Part shown: in pieces, positions 10,209 through 20,245 of the stretch
How positions within the stretch are numbered: position 1 is the stretch's first letter
How the letters are laid out: every line of letters starts with the position of its first letter
Assembly (NCBI GenBank): GCA_965221105.1
Contig: OZ244871.1
Span: 188,924-252,923 of the forward strand
Direction of reading: 5' to 3'
Length of the DNA stretch: 64,000 bases
DNA from: Pseudomonadales bacterium
GTDB taxonomy: Bacteria > Pseudomonadota > Gammaproteobacteria > Pseudomonadales > GM7GCV1
Position numbers and translations under genes: made by a program
The notes under the pieces: generated by a model
Seen by the model: the letters and a program-made list of their open reading frames with translations, nothing else
What the model was told of the DNA's origin: nothing
The model's database searches: none

Positions 10209-10919
10209 AGCACTCAACAATAATGGTGCACTGCGCTGCGGATTCTATCAGCAGCGCCCGGCCATCTTGTATTTCAATGTAACACACATGCACAGCAGCC
10301 AGTGGCTGAGCTTGACAACAGGGTGCCGATCTGTGGGCACACCTCTCACAGAGAACCCGTGATTACGCCAATTTATATCAACCTTGATGGGGGTAGCGCC
10401 TCCAGAGGCTGGCTCTCCTGTTACGAATTCACTTCAGAGCGGTGAGCGCAATCTGATCAGCACGGCACAGTGTTGGATACCGAAGTGCCCAGTGCGGCGT
10501 AGAGTGCATCAGAATAAACCTAATCAAAAACCAACTTTTCAGCTATAGGCCGAGAAAAAATCAGCGTCGCCATCATCTGGCTTCCACAACCTGCCCTCCA
10601 TCAAGCAGGCTCACTGGCGATACACAGCAGTGCACTTCGGACTGGAGGCGGAGTTACAAAGACACACAGTCGATGTACGGGAATGAACTACCGGTGAACC
10701 CAATGTCTTTAAGGGTGAGACGAGTGAGCCGAATTGAAAACATGTGACTTGGTTTAACAGTGTAGCTGATTGAATAGCTGACCTACATATATGCCTTTCT
10801 GTTGACCCTAAACACACTATTCCGTATCGATTGATTCAATGAAGCGGAGATGAAGACAGGCTTTCATTTCTGATTTGGCGCTGCATAAAACTGAGGGTCC
10901 GTTGCCAAACCAACGCCCA

Positions 10920-11753
10920 TTACGATTTTCGCCAAAAGCTTTCTTCGCCTCTATAGTAGGGACGAACGTACGCAGTATCAGGCATGACGCTGCCATTGGC
11001 CCTTTGTCCTCCATCGACGTGAATGACTTCTCCGTTAATAAAATCAGCATTGTCTGAAACGAGAAAGGCGATGGTATGAGCGATGTCCGTGGTTTCTCCC
11101 ATTCGATCATTCGGAATGTTGTGGAGAAACTCCTCGTGGATATCCTCCCTTTCTATGATCGGCGCGGTTTGTTGGGTTCTAATGTAGCCGGGGGCAAGCG
11201 TAACAACTCGTACATTTATGTCGCGAAATTCTTCCGCAGCTATGCGAGTGAGATGGTTGACTCCAGCTCGGGCAGCGGCATAGGGTGAAAGGCCAATAGA
11301 AGCGAGATTTGCGGTAACGGAAGTTAGATTGACGATCACCCCGCCGAGACCGGAATCCCGCATCTTGCGGGCTTGATGTTTCATGCACAGAAAGGTCCCA
11401 GTAAGATTCAAATCAATTGTTTGGCGCCAGGTATCTGCGGGTATCTCCAGCAGAGGACCGCCACTGCCTACACCTGCACAGTTGACTCCGATATTGACGC
11501 TGCCGAACGCTTCAGATGCACGTGCAACGAGGGACTCGACCTGTTCTTCATCAGTTATGTTGGTCTGTTGGATGACACAGGCAGTGCCCAATTCTTCTTT
11601 AAGAGAGTTCAATCCATCCACATTGATATCTCCGACAGCTACTTTTGCACCAATGGATGCAAGCGCGATAGCGGTCTCTCGACCCATGCCGCTGGCTCCG
11701 CCATGAATAACAGCCACCTTGTCTTCTAAATTTATTTCTCCGTATTGAGTCAT
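10920..11753 (-). CDS. SDR-family oxidoreductase
   Basis: Glycine motif HGGASGMG, NCAG, and the Rossmann order are present. The active-site motif reads YAAAR where SDRs have YxxxK. Confidence 0.85.
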   Translation of the reverse strand: MTQYGEINLEDKVAVIHGGASGMGRETAIALASIGAKVAVGDINVDGLNSLKEELGTACVIQQTNITDEEQVESLVARASEAFGSVNIGVNCAGVGSGGPLLEIPADTWRQTIDLNLTGTFLCMKHQARKMRDSGLGGVIVNLTSVTANLASIGLSPYAAARAGVNHLTRIAAEEFRDINVRVVTLAPGYIRTQQTAPIIEREDIHEEFLHNIPNDRMGETTDIAHTIAFLVSDNADFINGEVIHVDGGQRANGSVMPDTAYVRPYYRGEESFWRKS

Positions 11754-11915
11754 TGGAAAATCCTGCTCTTCTTATTTCGCGGCTCGAACGCCTGGCCCAG
11801 TCACTTTCTATCTGAAATTTGGTTCGATTGTAACGCTGAATGTATCGCCGTGCATAAAAAAAAGCCCGCTGCGAAAGCAGCGGGCTCAATCATCTATGCT
11901 GTCAGGTACTGGTTG

Positions 11916-14375
11916 TTAAAACCTATAGTTGAGGTCCACGCCAAAGGTTCGTGGAGGGCCGACGCTGCCCCAAGTATTACCGAAAGAAACCGGCGAAGCG
12001 GCTTGTCGATCAATATACTCCTCATCAGTCAGATTTGCTGACCAGAGGGCGACACTGTACCGATCATCAGCCGCAGTGAAGCTGATTCGAGCATCGATGA
12101 GCTTTCTATCCTCAATGAGGTCAAATACGCCACGATCAGAATACATTTCATCTCGATAGTTATAGTTCAGGGATGCACCGAGAGTACCAGCCTCAATGTC
12201 CTGACTGTAGATCAACTGCACGTTGTAAGTGATCTCAGGAGTGTTTGCAAATGGCTCATGTGAACGATCAAAAATCTCTTCCGGTTTAGATAGGTCTCTT
12301 ACCTCATCAAATGTATCGAATTCAGCATCGATATAACCGATGTTGGAGCTCAGCGTAAACTGCTCACTCAAAACCAGATTCACTTCAAGCTCCATACCTT
12401 TGATCGTGGCTTCACCGGCATTGAGGGTTACGGTCGCTGGCGTACCACTCTCAGTTACTATGCGTGAAACAGTTTGAATGTCCGTGTAATCACTCAAAAA
12501 CGTTGCAAAGTTCGTCTGCAGTCTGTTGTCGAGGAACATCCCTTTTACACCGACTTCGAAATCCTGGACGTTTTCCTCGTTAAAGGACTGAGGGTTAGGC
12601 AGCTGGCGAGAGTTATACCCTCCTGCGCGATAACCAGTACTTGTTTTTGCATAGTAGAGAATACCGTCATCCGATTGATATTCAACGCCAAGTGTACCCG
12701 AAACGTTTGAGAACTCGAGCGTAGGCAGCGTGGTAATAGGTGACCCCGCAACCGGACCTTTCGTGTAATCTGGGTCAATTATATCTTGTAGGGAGCCTAA
12801 CACTGGTAATATCGGGGGCCGGTCCGTCCCCCTGTCTTCAACAGACACTGATCGCTCGTCTCGGGTGTACCGAAGACCAAAGGTTGTGGACCAATTATCA
12901 TCAAAGCTATAGGTGGCCTGAGCAAAGATTGCCTCGGCACTGTTTCCTACAAACTGGACAGCGGCAACGTTACGGAACCCATTAGGAAACACTGGAGTAA
13001 GGGGAACAACGAAAGCCAGCTGACTTTCCGAAAGGAAAACAAATGAATCCAACCGTGTAACATCCTGGACCTGGACTTCTTCATCAATGTAGTACGCGCC
13101 TACCAGCCAGTCCAGTTTCTCATCGAAGGCCTCACCAAAGAGGTTGAACTCTTGCGTCACTACTTCCTGGTCTCTGTGGGCCACATTGCTGGCGAGGAAA
13201 TAGCTTGTACCATCAATATCAAATCCGTGGGTAAATCTGTCCTCGCGATAGCCGCTAATCGAGCGGAGAGTAACGTTCTCAAACTCGTGTTCAATGGTCA
13301 GGTTTGTTCCCCAGTACCGTGCATCGAGTCCATTGCTGGTGAGGTTCGGGTCAAGGATATTGCCCGTGGAGTCTAAATCCAGAGAGGTGTCTTGCCAACC
13401 GAAAGAGCTGTTTATAAACCTGTCGCGTAACAATTGTGCTGCCACCACAACGTCTGGCTCTCCATCCGCATCGAGTAATCCTTCAGCCCGTGCAACAACC
13501 CATGGCAGGGCGGTACGGGTGCGGGGAGGATTGCCAGAATTGAGAGTACCGGGATCGAACTCATTCACGCTGGTAAGCCTCATTGCTGTGGCGGTATTGT
13601 CAACACTGTAATAGTCGGCGGTAAACCGTACTGTGGTTTTATCGCTGTCCCACAATGTGCTCAAGCGGAAACTTTCTGAATCAATGACTCCAAATTCGCC
13701 TTCAGTGGGGTTCGTGTTGAGTCCAGCGAGAGCTTGGTTCTCGCCAGTGGCATCTCTATCGGTGAAACGTGCCGCTAAGCGAATGCCTAACTCATCTTCA
13801 ATGATGGGGACACTGACGGCACCGGTCAGAGTACGCAGGTCATAGTTTCCAAATGTTGTACTGAAATTGCCTTCTGCTTCACTGAGATTAGGCGCTTTGG
13901 TCACAACCGAAATGGCTCCACCGGTCGTATTGCGACCATAGAGCGTACCCTGCGGACCCTTTAACACTTCAACACGTTCAATATCGAAAAACTCAAAAGA
14001 ACGGTTGCGTGTAACTGTTACGCCGTCAAGATACAGTCCAACAGAACCATCCTGAGTTGCATCCGCATCGCGGGTATATTGGCCGCGCATAGAGCTCTGG
14101 AAATATGGAGTACCCCCGAGTATGGGGATTTCCAGGTTCGGTGCAAGGAGATCCAGGTCGCCAATGTCGAAAATCTGTGCTTCTGCCAGTTCTTCCCCTG
14201 ATGCAACGGTTATGAAAATAGGGACATCTTGAGCACTTTCAGCCGTCTTACGGGCTGTCACAATGATTTCCTCAAGCAATGCAGTTTCAGCCCCAAATGA
14301 CAGTGGAGTCATTGCTAATAAAGGGCCTCCCAGCATCGCTAAAAAAATGGATTGTGTGAATGATTTTATATTCAT
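11916..14375 (-). CDS. TonB-dependent receptor
   Basis: 819 aa with a signal-peptide-like N-terminus, the plug motif EEIIVTARK...DVPIFITV, beta-barrel-type repeats, and a C-terminal ...LNYRF. Confidence 0.9.
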   Translation of the reverse strand: MNIKSFTQSIFLAMLGGPLLAMTPLSFGAETALLEEIIVTARKTAESAQDVPIFITVASGEELAEAQIFDIGDLDLLAPNLEIPILGGTPYFQSSMRGQYTRDADATQDGSVGLYLDGVTVTRNRSFEFFDIERVEVLKGPQGTLYGRNTTGGAISVVTKAPNLSEAEGNFSTTFGNYDLRTLTGAVSVPIIEDELGIRLAARFTDRDATGENQALAGLNTNPTEGEFGVIDSESFRLSTLWDSDKTTVRFTADYYSVDNTATAMRLTSVNEFDPGTLNSGNPPRTRTALPWVVARAEGLLDADGEPDVVVAAQLLRDRFINSSFGWQDTSLDLDSTGNILDPNLTSNGLDARYWGTNLTIEHEFENVTLRSISGYREDRFTHGFDIDGTSYFLASNVAHRDQEVVTQEFNLFGEAFDEKLDWLVGAYYIDEEVQVQDVTRLDSFVFLSESQLAFVVPLTPVFPNGFRNVAAVQFVGNSAEAIFAQATYSFDDNWSTTFGLRYTRDERSVSVEDRGTDRPPILPVLGSLQDIIDPDYTKGPVAGSPITTLPTLEFSNVSGTLGVEYQSDDGILYYAKTSTGYRAGGYNSRQLPNPQSFNEENVQDFEVGVKGMFLDNRLQTNFATFLSDYTDIQTVSRIVTESGTPATVTLNAGEATIKGMELEVNLVLSEQFTLSSNIGYIDAEFDTFDEVRDLSKPEEIFDRSHEPFANTPEITYNVQLIYSQDIEAGTLGASLNYNYRDEMYSDRGVFDLIEDRKLIDARISFTAADDRYSVALWSANLTDEEYIDRQAASPVSFGNTWGSVGPPRTFGVDLNYRF

Positions 14376-14397
14376 ATTCCCACCTAAGTTAGTTGTA

Positions 14398-14430
14398 GTT
14401 GATAGTTAGTTGACAGTTAGTCGATAGTTT
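14398..14430. repeat. Three tandem 11-bp repeats (GTTGATAGTTA / GTTGACAGTTA / GTCGATAGTTT) 23-55 bp upstream of the TonB-dependent receptor start
   Basis: Read directly from the sequence. A weaker fourth copy lies at 14387-14397. Confidence 0.8.
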
Positions 14431-14827
14431 TGCAGTTTATAGTGGTGTCTAAAACCGGTTTTTCTCAAGTAATAAAAGAGTGTAGCGCCACTTTCGCGTG
14501 CCCTAATTTTAAACCACGGTTTTAACCCCCACTTAACGGACAAGTATTATCAAATCAGCCGAAAACTCAGCACTTGAAGTCAAAGTCCTATCCTATTCAG
14601 CATGGTACATATGCGTGAACATTCGCAATTATGGACAATGCATCAGTCTTGTCAAGCGAAACTTCCTGCTGGCTTCTCTATGATCCCGCCCCAGTTATCA
14701 AGAAACCATAATAAGCTCAAGCAGTCTACATGGTGGAACGATTCTTCAGGGATTTGACGACGGATCGTTTGAAGCGGGGCGTCTTTCACAGCGTCCCGGA
14801 TCTCATCAATGCGATTGAGGGATATGT

Positions 14828-15304
14828 TCAGATGTCCTGACCTCGTGGTCTGACTTTCGGCATCAGACATTCCGATATCTCTCTGATGACGTGGCTCTGT
14901 GTGTAGTTTTTGGGTGTGCAGTGCTCGGTTTCTATGTGTCAACATACTATGGTGGACACTGTGAAAAATCAGCCATGCATTCACTGCCCTTCAGGCACCC
15001 AGATTGGCATGTCCGGGTTCTCCTCTGCGTGTGTCGACGACATCACCCAGCTCTCCTCCCTCCGACCCTTCAGCATCCACGACGAGGCTGACCGCACCCT
15101 CTACCGTACCGACATGACCGTGCAGACCACCGACCTCCTGACCACATGTGACGTTAGCCCGACCACCATTCGCACCGGGCGACGGCCAAGTTGCGCATGC
15201 GATACGTGCTGCCTGAAAACGGGTGAACACCGGTGTATGCGGTGTATGATCTCCCACCCACCCAAACAAACGAACAGAAAAAGGCCCGAGGTCAGGACAT
15301 CTGA
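14828..15304 (+). mobile_element. 477-bp non-autonomous (MITE-like) member of the T-terminus family with both ends
   Basis: The left end is TCAGATGTCCTGACCTCG. The right end is its perfect 18-bp inverse (CGAGGTCAGGACATCTGA). The interior keeps ~45 codons homologous to the transposase N-terminus at 38065 (..LPF..TQIG.S.FS...PF..HDE.DR..), joined to the right-end ~220 bp that is shared with 31837-32040. Confidence 0.6.
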
Positions 15305-15311
15305 GACTGGT

Positions 15312-17210
15312 ATGAAAGAGGCTGGCATTCAACTACGCCCGATCAGCACCCTGCTGACCGATGCCGCTGGTCAACCGGCACGCTACTGGATACCCGCCTA
15401 TCAACGCGGCTACCGCTGGACACCACTCCAGGTTACCCAACTGCTAGATGACATCTGGGAGTTTATACAGCACTGTGAACGCATTGATGAACCTCCGGAG
15501 GCGTTCTATCGCCTTCAGCCACTGGTCATCAAGGAACGGCCTGGTGGGGAATATGAGGTGGTGGATGGTCAGCAACGCCTGACCACGCTGTATATCCTGC
15601 TGACCTATTTAGGTGACATGCTCGGTGAACTGGGCAAGGTGCGTTACCAGATTCATTTCGAGACCCGTGGCGAGGCCAACGAACCATTTCTAGGGGACAT
15701 CGACCTGGACCGTGCTGATGAGAATGTGGATTTTTTCCATATCTGTAACGCTCGGAAGGCCATAGATAAGTGGTTTGCCGAGCGGGACAAGATGCATAGA
15801 CGCAAGCTGCTACAACATGTGCTCAACGATGACGACATCGGGCACAACGTCAAGGTGACCTGGTTCGAGTTGGAAGACCAGGATGACCCAGTTGCAGCAT
15901 TCACACGCCTGAATGTTGGCAAGATTCCGCTCACCAATGACGAGTTGATTCGAGCATTATTCCTGCGGCGCGCAGCAGCGAAGGATAAGGATGAGGAGCA
16001 TGGACTCGCTCTGCGTATTGCCCACGAATGGGACCAAATGGAAAAGGCGTTACAAGACGATTCCTTCTGGTATTTTTTGAGCAATGAGCAAGCACCAGGA
16101 CACAATCGGATCGGATTGATCTTTGAACTGGTCGCATCGGATGGACTCAACGACCTGCTGAAGCAGGATGCATACGGCGTTTTCCATGTCTTCAACGAAC
16201 GCCGCGAAGATCAGGAGGTGGAGCAGGAATGGCTCGCGGTTAAGCAAACCTTCATGGCGCTGGAAGAGTGGTATGAGGATCGGGAATTATTCCATGTGGT
16301 GGGTTTCCTGATCCATCAAGGCGAGGTAATCAATGACCTGTTAAAGTCCACCCAGGAGTGCCGCAAGGGCGGTCTGGCCCGTGATCTACGTCGCCGGGCC
16401 TTTGCAAAATCCATTGGAGGCAAACTGGATGATCTGGACCCGCAGGAATTAAGGGAGACTATTCAAAAACGCTGTGAGACCATCAGCTACGGCAGCGAGT
16501 CTGGGGCTATCCGCACCATTCTGCTGCTCTTCAACCTGGCCACCCTGTTAGATAACCCACGCTCCAATATGCGCTTCCAGTTCGATAGCTTCAAGAGCAA
16601 GGCGTGGGACATCGAGCATGTGCGCTCTGTCGAGGTGCGCAGCCCGGCACGCCACAATGAACGCAAGGTCTGGCTCAGCCACTGTCGGGATTACATATAC
16701 TCGTGTCGAGGCTACATAAACTCAAGCGAGGATGATGAAAAACTGCTTACGGATATCGATGGGTTTCTGGAGTTGACGGACGGGGACGAAGCCGAAGCCG
16801 CGTTTGACCCCCTCTATGAACGTGTGCTGGAGTATTTCAAGGAAAATGGCGAGGGCGGCGAGGACGGACTTGCCAACCTGACCTTGCTCGACGAGAGCAC
16901 AAACCGCAGCTATAAAAACTCCGTGTTCGCAGTAAAACGGCAACGCCTCCTGGAACTCGATAAATCGGGTATCTTTGTGCCACTTTGTACCCGTAATGTT
17001 TTCCTCAAGTGCTACAGCACTCAGGTGGACAATATCTTGTTCTGGCGCAAGCAGGATGCTGAGGCGTACCTGGAGGAGATCATCGACACCCTGACCCGCT
17101 TCTTTTTACAGAAGGGGGGATTCAGGCATGAGCGAACAGGGCGCGCAACTGATTTTCAGCGAGCTGCTTGCGCGGCATGGCCGTATCCGGGTGCCACTGA
17201 TTCAGCGTGA
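15312..17210 (+). CDS. GmrSD-like type IV restriction candidate (DUF262 N-terminal + DUF1524/His-Me C-terminal)
   Basis: IPAYQRGYRW and DGQQRLTT (DUF262) plus WDIEHVRS...NLTLLDESTNRSYKNSVF (DUF1524-type). The start is set at ATG 15312 because the ORF upstream of it is MITE sequence. Confidence 0.8.
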   Translation: MKEAGIQLRPISTLLTDAAGQPARYWIPAYQRGYRWTPLQVTQLLDDIWEFIQHCERIDEPPEAFYRLQPLVIKERPGGEYEVVDGQQRLTTLYILLTYLGDMLGELGKVRYQIHFETRGEANEPFLGDIDLDRADENVDFFHICNARKAIDKWFAERDKMHRRKLLQHVLNDDDIGHNVKVTWFELEDQDDPVAAFTRLNVGKIPLTNDELIRALFLRRAAAKDKDEEHGLALRIAHEWDQMEKALQDDSFWYFLSNEQAPGHNRIGLIFELVASDGLNDLLKQDAYGVFHVFNERREDQEVEQEWLAVKQTFMALEEWYEDRELFHVVGFLIHQGEVINDLLKSTQECRKGGLARDLRRRAFAKSIGGKLDDLDPQELRETIQKRCETISYGSESGAIRTILLLFNLATLLDNPRSNMRFQFDSFKSKAWDIEHVRSVEVRSPARHNERKVWLSHCRDYIYSCRGYINSSEDDEKLLTDIDGFLELTDGDEAEAAFDPLYERVLEYFKENGEGGEDGLANLTLLDESTNRSYKNSVFAVKRQRLLELDKSGIFVPLCTRNVFLKCYSTQVDNILFWRKQDAEAYLEEIIDTLTRFFLQKGGFRHERTGRATDFQRAACAAWPYPGATDSA

Positions 17211-19506
17211 CTATGCACAGGGACGGAGCGATCAGGAAGAAGTTAGAGAGGGATTCCTCGCAGCATTGCATGATGCGCTTTTGCTGCCTCCCGAACATGA
17301 AAAACTGCCAATCAATCTCGATTTCGTCTACGGTAGTGTCGAAGGTGAAAATCCGACCCGCTTCCAGCCGCTGGATGGCCAGCAACGGCTAACCACGCTT
17401 TTCTTGCTGCATTGGTATCTAGCATGGCGCGACGATTGCAGTGAGATGTTCCGCAAGATTTTCGTCGTTGGAAACCATTCGAGGTTTAGTTACGAGGTTC
17501 GCACCAGCAGCACGGAGTTTTTCGATGAATTGGTGAGATTCTTCCCGGACCAGGCACCGGAAAATGTGGAGCACCTTGGCGCGCTCCTGCAAGACCAGCC
17601 GTGGTACTACCGAAGTTGGCGACTCGACCCCACGGTACAATCCGCGCTGGTGATGCTCGACGCCATCCATGCGCGCTTCAAGGACACGCATAATCCGAGA
17701 CTCTATGCGCGGCTGACCGACTCTGAGCAGCCAGCGATCACATTCCAGTTGCTCGACCTCAACAATTTCGACCTCTCGGATGATCTCTATATAAAGATGA
17801 ATGCACGCGGCAAACCGCTGACGCCCTTTGAAACCTTCAAAGCTCGCTATGAGGAGATTCTTAAAGTCCAGTCCTCAAACGAGACTTACGAGCTGGACGG
17901 ACAGTCTGTTTCTCTCGCCAAATATTTCGCAAGGCGCATGGATACGCGCTGGGCGGATTTTTTCTGGCGGTTTCGGGATCCAGACAGCCACGTTTTCGAC
18001 GCAGCGGTAATGAATGTGTTTCGGGTGGTCATTCTTATTACGCGACCCACAAAAAGTTCGACCTTCTCGGAAGATGTCACCAAACTTCGATCCCAAGACC
18101 GGAAAAATAGTTACCATTTTTTCCATGAGCCTGGCTGGCTGGACGTTTCATTCGCCGAAACACTAGTCACCCTGCTGGACAAATGGAGCGGTCAACCGGG
18201 TGGGTTCGCGCCACTTCTACCGGATGGGCGATATTTTGACGAGGGGGCAGTTCTTGAGAAAGTTTTGAAGAAACCCAGCTCGCTTGGCTACGATGAACTT
18301 GTTCAACTCGCGGCCTATGTGCAGTTCCTCAGAACGCAGGAAGGTGCTCCCGATCCGAAGGTATTTCAGGAATGGGCACGGGTGGTGTCCAACCTGTCTG
18401 TGAACACGGACTACAACCGGGCATCAGACTTTGAGCGCAGCCTCTCATCGCTTGCAGACCTTGCGCCACACATGGTCACAGTACTGGATCATTTGGCTGA
18501 TCCCAAAACAGAAATCAAGGGATTCTTCCAGGAGCAGGTCAGGGAAGAAAGAATAAAGGCGCGCCTTCTGCTGGAAAACGATAGCTGGAGGCCCCTGATC
18601 GACGAGGCGGAAGCGCATGGCTACTTCCAAGGTCAGATCGGTTTCCTGTTGAAGTTTGCCGGGATCGAGACCGACTCTGCTAACACCCTGCAATACCAGG
18701 CCGCTTTTTCTGACTACCTCAGCAAGGCGAAAGCGATGTTTGGCGACGGGGGTTTGAATAGTCTCCCGGATTACAAATGGGAGCGTGCATTACTGTCACT
18801 CGGCAACTATCTATTATTGGCTAGCAGTCAGAATTCATCGCTACTGGTCAATCGACAATCGGATCAGGCTAGTTGGAAGCGGTTGTTACGAGATGCGCCT
18901 TTAGGGAAACCGCAAGGAAAGGTACTTCTCAAACTGTGGGACTCCCTTTCAGGAACGTCAGACATCAGCAAGCAGTTGGATGGAGTCATTGCAGGCGTGT
19001 CAGGACTGGATGCATGGCGAGCGGCTCTGGTGGAATCTCCCGCCGCGATTGATTACTGCGGCAAACGCATGATTCGTCATGTAGAAAAAGATCGTGTGTA
19101 TCTGCTTAGCAAGGTTCGCACCAGTGGTGCTCATGTAGAGCTATTCAGCTACTGCTTTTATCTTAATGCAATAGTCCCTTCTCTTAACCAAGGGTTGTAT
19201 AAGGCTTTACGACCGGATTATTTTCAAAGTAACTCAGCGGCTAAAGAACCTAGTATTCAATTACATTTTGATATCTCAGATCAGCCATGTGTGATTGATA
19301 TTGTGTACGAGTCCGGTAGGTATCAGGTATGCATAAATTTTAAGGATGACCCTCCAGATGCTTTGTCCTGGCTGTTGAAAGATTTGAAGCCAGATGGAAC
19401 ACAAAATAGCTTTTGTACTTACTACCCGGCCGATGCGCTCGAAAAGTTGATCAGAGACCTTGACCAACGGTTAGCATGTATGAGTGGGGAAATATGTGAA
19501 GACTAA
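17128..19506 (+). CDS. Large DUF262-domain protein without a recognisable DUF1524 nuclease domain
   Basis: [11 protein letters not shown] and [16 protein letters not shown] are present. The strong RBS AAGGGGGGA lies 7 nt before the ATG. It overlaps the upstream gene by 83 nt. The C-terminal ~450 aa are unassigned. Confidence 0.8.
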   Translation: MSEQGAQLIFSELLARHGRIRVPLIQRDYAQGRSDQEEVREGFLAALHDALLLPPEHEKLPINLDFVYGSVEGENPTRFQPLDGQQRLTTLFLLHWYLAWRDDCSEMFRKIFVVGNHSRFSYEVRTSSTEFFDELVRFFPDQAPENVEHLGALLQDQPWYYRSWRLDPTVQSALVMLDAIHARFKDTHNPRLYARLTDSEQPAITFQLLDLNNFDLSDDLYIKMNARGKPLTPFETFKARYEEILKVQSSNETYELDGQSVSLAKYFARRMDTRWADFFWRFRDPDSHVFDAAVMNVFRVVILITRPTKSSTFSEDVTKLRSQDRKNSYHFFHEPGWLDVSFAETLVTLLDKWSGQPGGFAPLLPDGRYFDEGAVLEKVLKKPSSLGYDELVQLAAYVQFLRTQEGAPDPKVFQEWARVVSNLSVNTDYNRASDFERSLSSLADLAPHMVTVLDHLADPKTEIKGFFQEQVREERIKARLLLENDSWRPLIDEAEAHGYFQGQIGFLLKFAGIETDSANTLQYQAAFSDYLSKAKAMFGDGGLNSLPDYKWERALLSLGNYLLLASSQNSSLLVNRQSDQASWKRLLRDAPLGKPQGKVLLKLWDSLSGTSDISKQLDGVIAGVSGLDAWRAALVESPAAIDYCGKRMIRHVEKDRVYLLSKVRTSGAHVELFSYCFYLNAIVPSLNQGLYKALRPDYFQSNSAAKEPSIQLHFDISDQPCVIDIVYESGRYQVCINFKDDPPDALSWLLKDLKPDGTQNSFCTYYPADALEKLIRDLDQRLACMSGEICED

Positions 19507-19790
19507 AAAACCTCGCTCAGAGCGATTGACCCAGAATCGAGTTGTTTCTCTATTTACCGATACAAGTCGCACGGACCGTCATGGCTACGACAATCTGGGC
19601 GATTGGCAAAAAAGAGAAAATATCGATGCATCGAACCAGAGATATTGCATAAGAACCTGAACGACGCGGCTATTCGAATGCCCATATTTCCGCTGCATTA
19701 CATAAGCTGAACGCCGCTGCGGATGCCACGGGTGTAACGCTGGATCAGGTTAATAGGCGCACGTACAAGTTACTGCGCTTGCCGGTTCCG
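19496..19790 (+). pseudogene. hsdR: Type I restriction R-subunit N-terminal stub (frameshifted)
   Basis: [22 protein letters not shown]...[13 protein letters not shown] continues in other frames (..[13 protein letters not shown].., ..LDQVNRRTYKLLR). This pattern matches the N-terminus of one HsdR family. No helicase region follows. Confidence 0.45.
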
Positions 19791-19844
19791 TGCTCGAAGA
19801 CGAGCGTGTCGGCACCTGCGTGGCACCTCTCTTGTTGTGCGCGA

Positions 19845-20118
19845 TTTGCGTACCCGGTGAATAGCACTTGCACTGGATAGCGCAATTCCCACCCTCGTGT
19901 TCTTGTGCAACCAGGTCTATCCCTGTATCCCTTCCATCAAAATCTGGCTGCAGCTGTATCCACTCCGACCACAGCCAGACCCAATTGAACCGGACCTTAT
20001 AGATCGGAGCGTGCTGAAAGCAGGTTGTCATCAGCCGCTCGAACAGGCGGCCCTTCTCCGACTCAGAGCTGGTGATTGACCGGATATAATCCAGCACACA
20101 TTGGAAGCCATCTGTCAT
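19845..20118 (-). pseudogene. Mrr-like restriction-endonuclease N-terminal domain stub (as found at the N-terminus of type ISP / helicase-linked restriction enzymes)
   Basis: EKGRLFERLMTTCFQHAPIYKVRFNWVWLWSEW...GRDTGIDLVAQEHEGGNCAIQCKCY. Only ~90 codons remain before the sequence becomes unrelated. Confidence 0.5.
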
Positions 20119-20245
20119 AGATAGAGTGTCCCCAGTTGAATCCGTGCAATAACTACAGTGGAGTATGATGTTTCCAGTCCCAATGAGCGAGTCGAATATA
20201 GAGTTTTTGCCCCTTTTGTCTGCCCGGATTTCTTATCAGTTGTTT

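Larger units (their letters stand above)
7605..10501 (+). repeat. Tandem amplification (about 3.1 copies, units ~941 and ~1021 bp) of a unit made of ~100 bp of IS30 transposase sequence, a small membrane-protein gene and ~650 bp of spacer
   Basis: Near-identical blocks start at 7605, 8546 and ~9575. Unit 2 carries an extra ~80 bp (9265-9350) relative to unit 1. The last unit ends at ~10501. Confidence 0.9.

Noticed and set aside
7605-10501. Possible CRISPR-like or other short-repeat array
   Set aside because: The repeating unit is ~1 kb and contiguous, with no short repeat/unique spacer alternation. It contains a protein-coding gene and an IS30 fragment.
11815-11840. tRNA-like GGTTCGATT motif
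   Set aside because: No acceptor, anticodon or D-arm pairing is possible around it. I found no other tRNA/tmRNA-like T-arm in the window by eye.
14652-14827. C-terminal part of ORF 14652..14984 as a gene fragment clipped by the MITE
   Set aside because: The reading frame is plausible, but I could recognise no motif. The part right of 14828 is MITE sequence.
14910-15311. 134-codon N-terminal extension of the DUF262/DUF1524 ORF
   Set aside because: The extension is entirely inside the 477-bp MITE (14828-15304). The DUF262 domain begins a few residues after ATG 15312.
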